From NCBI RefSeq assembly GCF_000189555.1, contig NC_017276.1: a stretch of DNA of 64,000 nucleotides. One strand, 5' to 3'. The DNA is from Saccharolobus islandicus REY15A (GTDB lineage: Archaea; Thermoproteota; Thermoprotei_A; Sulfolobales; Sulfolobaceae). Below, piece after piece: positions 60,941 through 64,000 of this stretch. The notes beneath the pieces were generated by a model. It ran no database searches, had not been told where the DNA came from, and was given only the letters and a program-made list of their open reading frames with translations. The position numbers and the translations under genes were made by a program. Numbering within the stretch: the stretch's first letter is position 1; every line of letters begins with the position of its first letter.

Positions 60941-62476
60941 ATGAGAATCATACCACGTACTATGTCAACACAACATCCCGATAATGCGAAAGTACCAGAG
61001 TGGGCAAAAAGCGAAGTTATTGAAGGAGAAGATGAAGTTAAAGAAGCCTTCCTAGCTTATAGTATGTATGGAGTTCATGAGGTAATGTGGGATGCTGAGG
61101 GAAAAGACGTAGATACTCATGTGGTAAGAAAGTTATTGTCAAATTATCCAGACTACTTTAGAGAACATATTTTAGGTAAAGATGTATTTTTAACTTATAG
61201 GTTACCTAACCCAAAGGTGGAAGGTGCTGATAGAAAAGTATTTGCCGAAACCATGGAGAGCATTCCAATAACTTATGATTTGGCAGAGAAATTTTACGGT
61301 AATGGGATTACGGTACCAGTTTTTGAAGTAATTTTACCAATGACAACTAGTAATTTGGAGATAATAAGTGTGGCTAGGTATTACGAAAAAGCAGTTGCAA
61401 ATGAAGATGAACTAGAACTTTACGATGGTGTAAAAGTAAAGGATTTAGTTGGAGAAATATATCCTAAAGTAATAGAAGTTATACCACTAGTCGAAGATAG
61501 GGACTCTCTTCAAAATATTGACAATATAGTGGAGGGGTATTATAAGGTAATTAAACCTAAGTATATGAGAGTCTTTTTAGCCAGGTCGGATCCAGCAATG
61601 AATTATGGAATGATAACAGCTGTTCTGTCAGTAAAGATTGCCTTAAGTGAGTTATACAAACTTTCAGAATCGTTAAACTTTGAAATATATCCAATAATTG
61701 GTGTTGGTTCACTTCCATTTAGAGGCCATTTATCTCCTGAAAACTATGAAAAAGTATTGGAAGAGTATAAGGGAGTTTATACATATACGATTCAATCAGC
61801 GTTTAAGTATGACTATGATTACGACAAAGTAAAAAGTGCTATTTCTTCAATAAATAACTCACGGATTGGCCCAGCTAAAATATTGGAAAAGTACGAGGAG
61901 GATGTTCTAAGAAAGATAACGATCTTATATACTGAACGTTACCAGCCAATTATAGAAAGTCTTGCAAACGCTATAAATGACGTCTCCATGTTACTTCCTA
62001 GAAGAAGAGCCAGAAAACTTCATATTGGCCTTTTTGGATATTCTAGAAGCGCAGGCAAGGTTAGCTTACCTAGGGCAATTTCTTTCGTGGGTTCACTATA
62101 TTCAATAGGAATACCACCAGAACTAATAGGAATTTCGTCTTTAAGCAATTTAGATGAGAAAGAGTGGGATATATTCAAACAGAATTACGTTAATTTTAAA
62201 CACGATCTCCAAACTGCTGCGAGATTCTTTAATTGGGAGTCGTTCGAATTAATTAAGGATATATGGAAAATTAGTGAGGATACTATAGCAAAGATCAAGG
62301 AAGATATCGATTACGCTGAGAGCGTGATAGGCATAAAATTAGGCGACATAGATTACGATAGTAGAAAACACATCCTAATGTCTTCGCTATTTTTACTATC
62401 ATTTAAAGAGAAAATCCTTCAAGAATCTAAGAAGTATTTATATGAGATGGCATTAATTAGAAGATCCTTGGGATGA
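60941..62476 (+). CDS. ppcA: Archaeal-type phosphoenolpyruvate carboxylase
   Basis: [38 protein letters not shown]. Confidence 0.97.
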   Translation: MRIIPRTMSTQHPDNAKVPEWAKSEVIEGEDEVKEAFLAYSMYGVHEVMWDAEGKDVDTHVVRKLLSNYPDYFREHILGKDVFLTYRLPNPKVEGADRKVFAETMESIPITYDLAEKFYGNGITVPVFEVILPMTTSNLEIISVARYYEKAVANEDELELYDGVKVKDLVGEIYPKVIEVIPLVEDRDSLQNIDNIVEGYYKVIKPKYMRVFLARSDPAMNYGMITAVLSVKIALSELYKLSESLNFEIYPIIGVGSLPFRGHLSPENYEKVLEEYKGVYTYTIQSAFKYDYDYDKVKSAISSINNSRIGPAKILEKYEEDVLRKITILYTERYQPIIESLANAINDVSMLLPRRRARKLHIGLFGYSRSAGKVSLPRAISFVGSLYSIGIPPELIGISSLSNLDEKEWDIFKQNYVNFKHDLQTAARFFNWESFELIKDIWKISEDTIAKIKEDIDYAESVIGIKLGDIDYDSRKHILMSSLFLLSFKEKILQESKKYLYEMALIRRSLG

Positions 62477-63282
62477 GAATACTAGTAAACGGTCTACTAC
62501 CACTGGATTCGGGTAAGACAACATTTTCATTATCCATTATTCGACTATTTAATCAAGTAGGAATCAGATTGTTTCCATTCAAGCCAATTGCCGGGCATAA
62601 TGCTTGGTATAGCTTTAACACTCTCATAAGGAGTGAAGAGTTAGGAATATTGGTTGGGAATGATGCTTTAAAGTATTATGATGAAACAAAATATGATATT
62701 AGGAGAATTAATCCATTTGCTGTTCTTTTCGTTCCTATAGATTTGGAAAAGCTAAGCTACAACGTATCTCTATATAATATGATAATGGAGTATGGATTTC
62801 CATATTTAATAAGGTTAAGTGACTGCATTAATGGGATAGATCAGTATTTTGTAAACAGTAGTGCAGATATATATGTGCCGAAAGCAATGCTGAAATTTAC
62901 TAGAAACCTAGCCTTAAAATTTAATGCAAAATCATATGATAAAATGAGAGAGATAATAGACGCTTCTCCACAACTAGTAGACAATTGTACTATAGATGTA
63001 TTTAGAAACTATGAAAACGTGATAATAGAGTCCTATAATGACTCAGCTTCTCCCACTTATAATTCGGCTGACGTAGATTACGTATTTACAGTCTCCCCTA
63101 CGAAAGCGTTTCTCATAAAAGGTGAGGAATTTAAGAAGGCCTTATCATTATTTTCAATCCCGCCATGGAATGTTAGAGTCTCCACTCTTATAAAGTATCT
63201 AAAAATAGGGAAAAGTTTTGAAATAGATGTAGGAGAAAGAGTAGCTAAGGACGAGATTCTAGACATATTACTCAAGTCTTAG
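62473..63282 (+). CDS. Predicted P-loop ATPase/GTPase
   Basis: [23 protein letters not shown]. Confidence 0.75.
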   Translation: MRILVNGLLPLDSGKTTFSLSIIRLFNQVGIRLFPFKPIAGHNAWYSFNTLIRSEELGILVGNDALKYYDETKYDIRRINPFAVLFVPIDLEKLSYNVSLYNMIMEYGFPYLIRLSDCINGIDQYFVNSSADIYVPKAMLKFTRNLALKFNAKSYDKMREIIDASPQLVDNCTIDVFRNYENVIIESYNDSASPTYNSADVDYVFTVSPTKAFLIKGEEFKKALSLFSIPPWNVRVSTLIKYLKIGKSFEIDVGERVAKDEILDILLKS

Positions 63283-63940
63283 AGTTTTTCTCTGCTTCAA
63301 AGGCTAATCCCTTGTCGGGTACGTACAATTTTCCAATGTGTTTTAGTACAGATGCAGCTACTCCCAATCCTCTTTGAATATCTGGATCCTTTAATAACTT
63401 GTAAATTTCCCAAATACTAGTTATGGGTTTTACATTTTCGGTTTTTAAGGCTTCTCCAGTTGCAGAAACCAATAAAGTATAATATTTAAAGTTAGTTAGA
63501 TCTATTCTTGACAGATCATTAGTAATCTCATCCCAATGGTTAATTAGGCTTAATGTGAAATCGTTTATGAGAGAATTTATTATCTTTCCTAAGCTTTCTT
63601 CATCTTCTAATAGTCCAATTATGGGGTCTAAAATTCCTCTGCTCCTAACTTTATCTATAAGATTTATTAAGAACTGTATATTGTATATATTGTCATCATT
63701 AATAAATAACTTAGTGGTCTTTATGATTTTATCCCAACTCGCTAATAATTCTAAGACATCATCACTAGTAAGTGACCCTATTATCTTTCCTATTGTGTTT
63801 TCATCTTCTAATATCCCTTTAATTACGTCAAGTATGCCAAGTCTATCAGTAGTGTTTATTACGTCTAGGATTTTGTTAAGACTGTTAAGTTTTTCATCTT
63901 TCAGTAAATTGTCTAAAGCATAGAATTCTCCATTAGTCAC
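63272..63940 (-). CDS. DUF1641-domain protein
   Basis: Helical repeats and C-terminal S...IYKLLKDPDIQRGLG. Confidence 0.85.
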   Translation of the reverse strand: MTNGEFYALDNLLKDEKLNSLNKILDVINTTDRLGILDVIKGILEDENTIGKIIGSLTSDDVLELLASWDKIIKTTKLFINDDNIYNIQFLINLIDKVRSRGILDPIIGLLEDEESLGKIINSLINDFTLSLINHWDEITNDLSRIDLTNFKYYTLLVSATGEALKTENVKPITSIWEIYKLLKDPDIQRGLGVAASVLKHIGKLYVPDKGLAFEAEKNSKT

Positions 63941-63946
63941 TTTAAT

Positions 63947-64000
63947 TCACCAGCTCGCTAGGAACTTTTCTAACGCCATATCTCCTTTAGTCCAAATGAA
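63947..64000 (-). CDS. 3' end of a gene, probably sulfide:quinone oxidoreductase-like flavoprotein (partial)
   Basis: Reads FIWTKGDMALEKFLASW* into the window; amphipathic C-terminus and DUF1641 neighbour fit SQR as I recall it. Confidence 0.55.
   Translation of the reverse strand, partial: FIWTKGDMALEKFLASW

Noticed and set aside
631-63923. Many short antisense or overlapping ORFs in the track (e.g. 631-909, 10548-10895, 11180-11545, 43951-44340, 47219-47704, 58352-58696, 63555-63923)
   Set aside because: Shadow frames opposite well-supported genes, with the S/F/L/I-rich composition typical of antisense to K/E-rich coding DNA
1-64000. CRISPR arrays, IS elements/MITEs, tRNA and rRNA genes
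   Set aside because: No regularly spaced 24-37 bp repeats, transposase ORFs, terminal inverted repeats with target duplications, or GGTTCRA T-loop cloverleafs were seen

Overview
AT-rich crenarchaeal chromosome segment from the Sulfolobaceae. Several proteins closely resemble Saccharolobus solfataricus/islandicus ones as I remember them; no database search was run. The window opens in the AT-rich origin region upstream of cdc6-3/orc1-3 (oriC2-like) and is mostly core genome. It holds the canonical herA-mre11-rad50-nurA operon, nucS, a ClsN-like SMC protein, nob1, nep1, rnp4, dtdA, ppcA, nnr, bcp and various metabolic and transport genes. I found no IS, CRISPR array, tRNA or rRNA. The most striking element is a tightly coupled six-gene minus-strand operon (17645->9758). 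It encodes a TGT-fold base-exchange enzyme without Zn/PUA domains, a DUF5591 (ArcS-like) protein, a HerA paralogue, a 1012-aa P-loop ATPase, a coiled-coil protein and a NurA paralogue. This is a candidate deazaguanine-type nucleic-acid modification/restriction (or alternative DNA-processing) system. Reading the sequence also gave seven box C/D sRNA candidates, a K-turn hairpin RNA antisense to a methyltransferase 3' end, a possible pseudoknotted ncRNA at about 38.5-38.7 kb, and a ferritin-like gene with a perfect 103-bp internal repeat.
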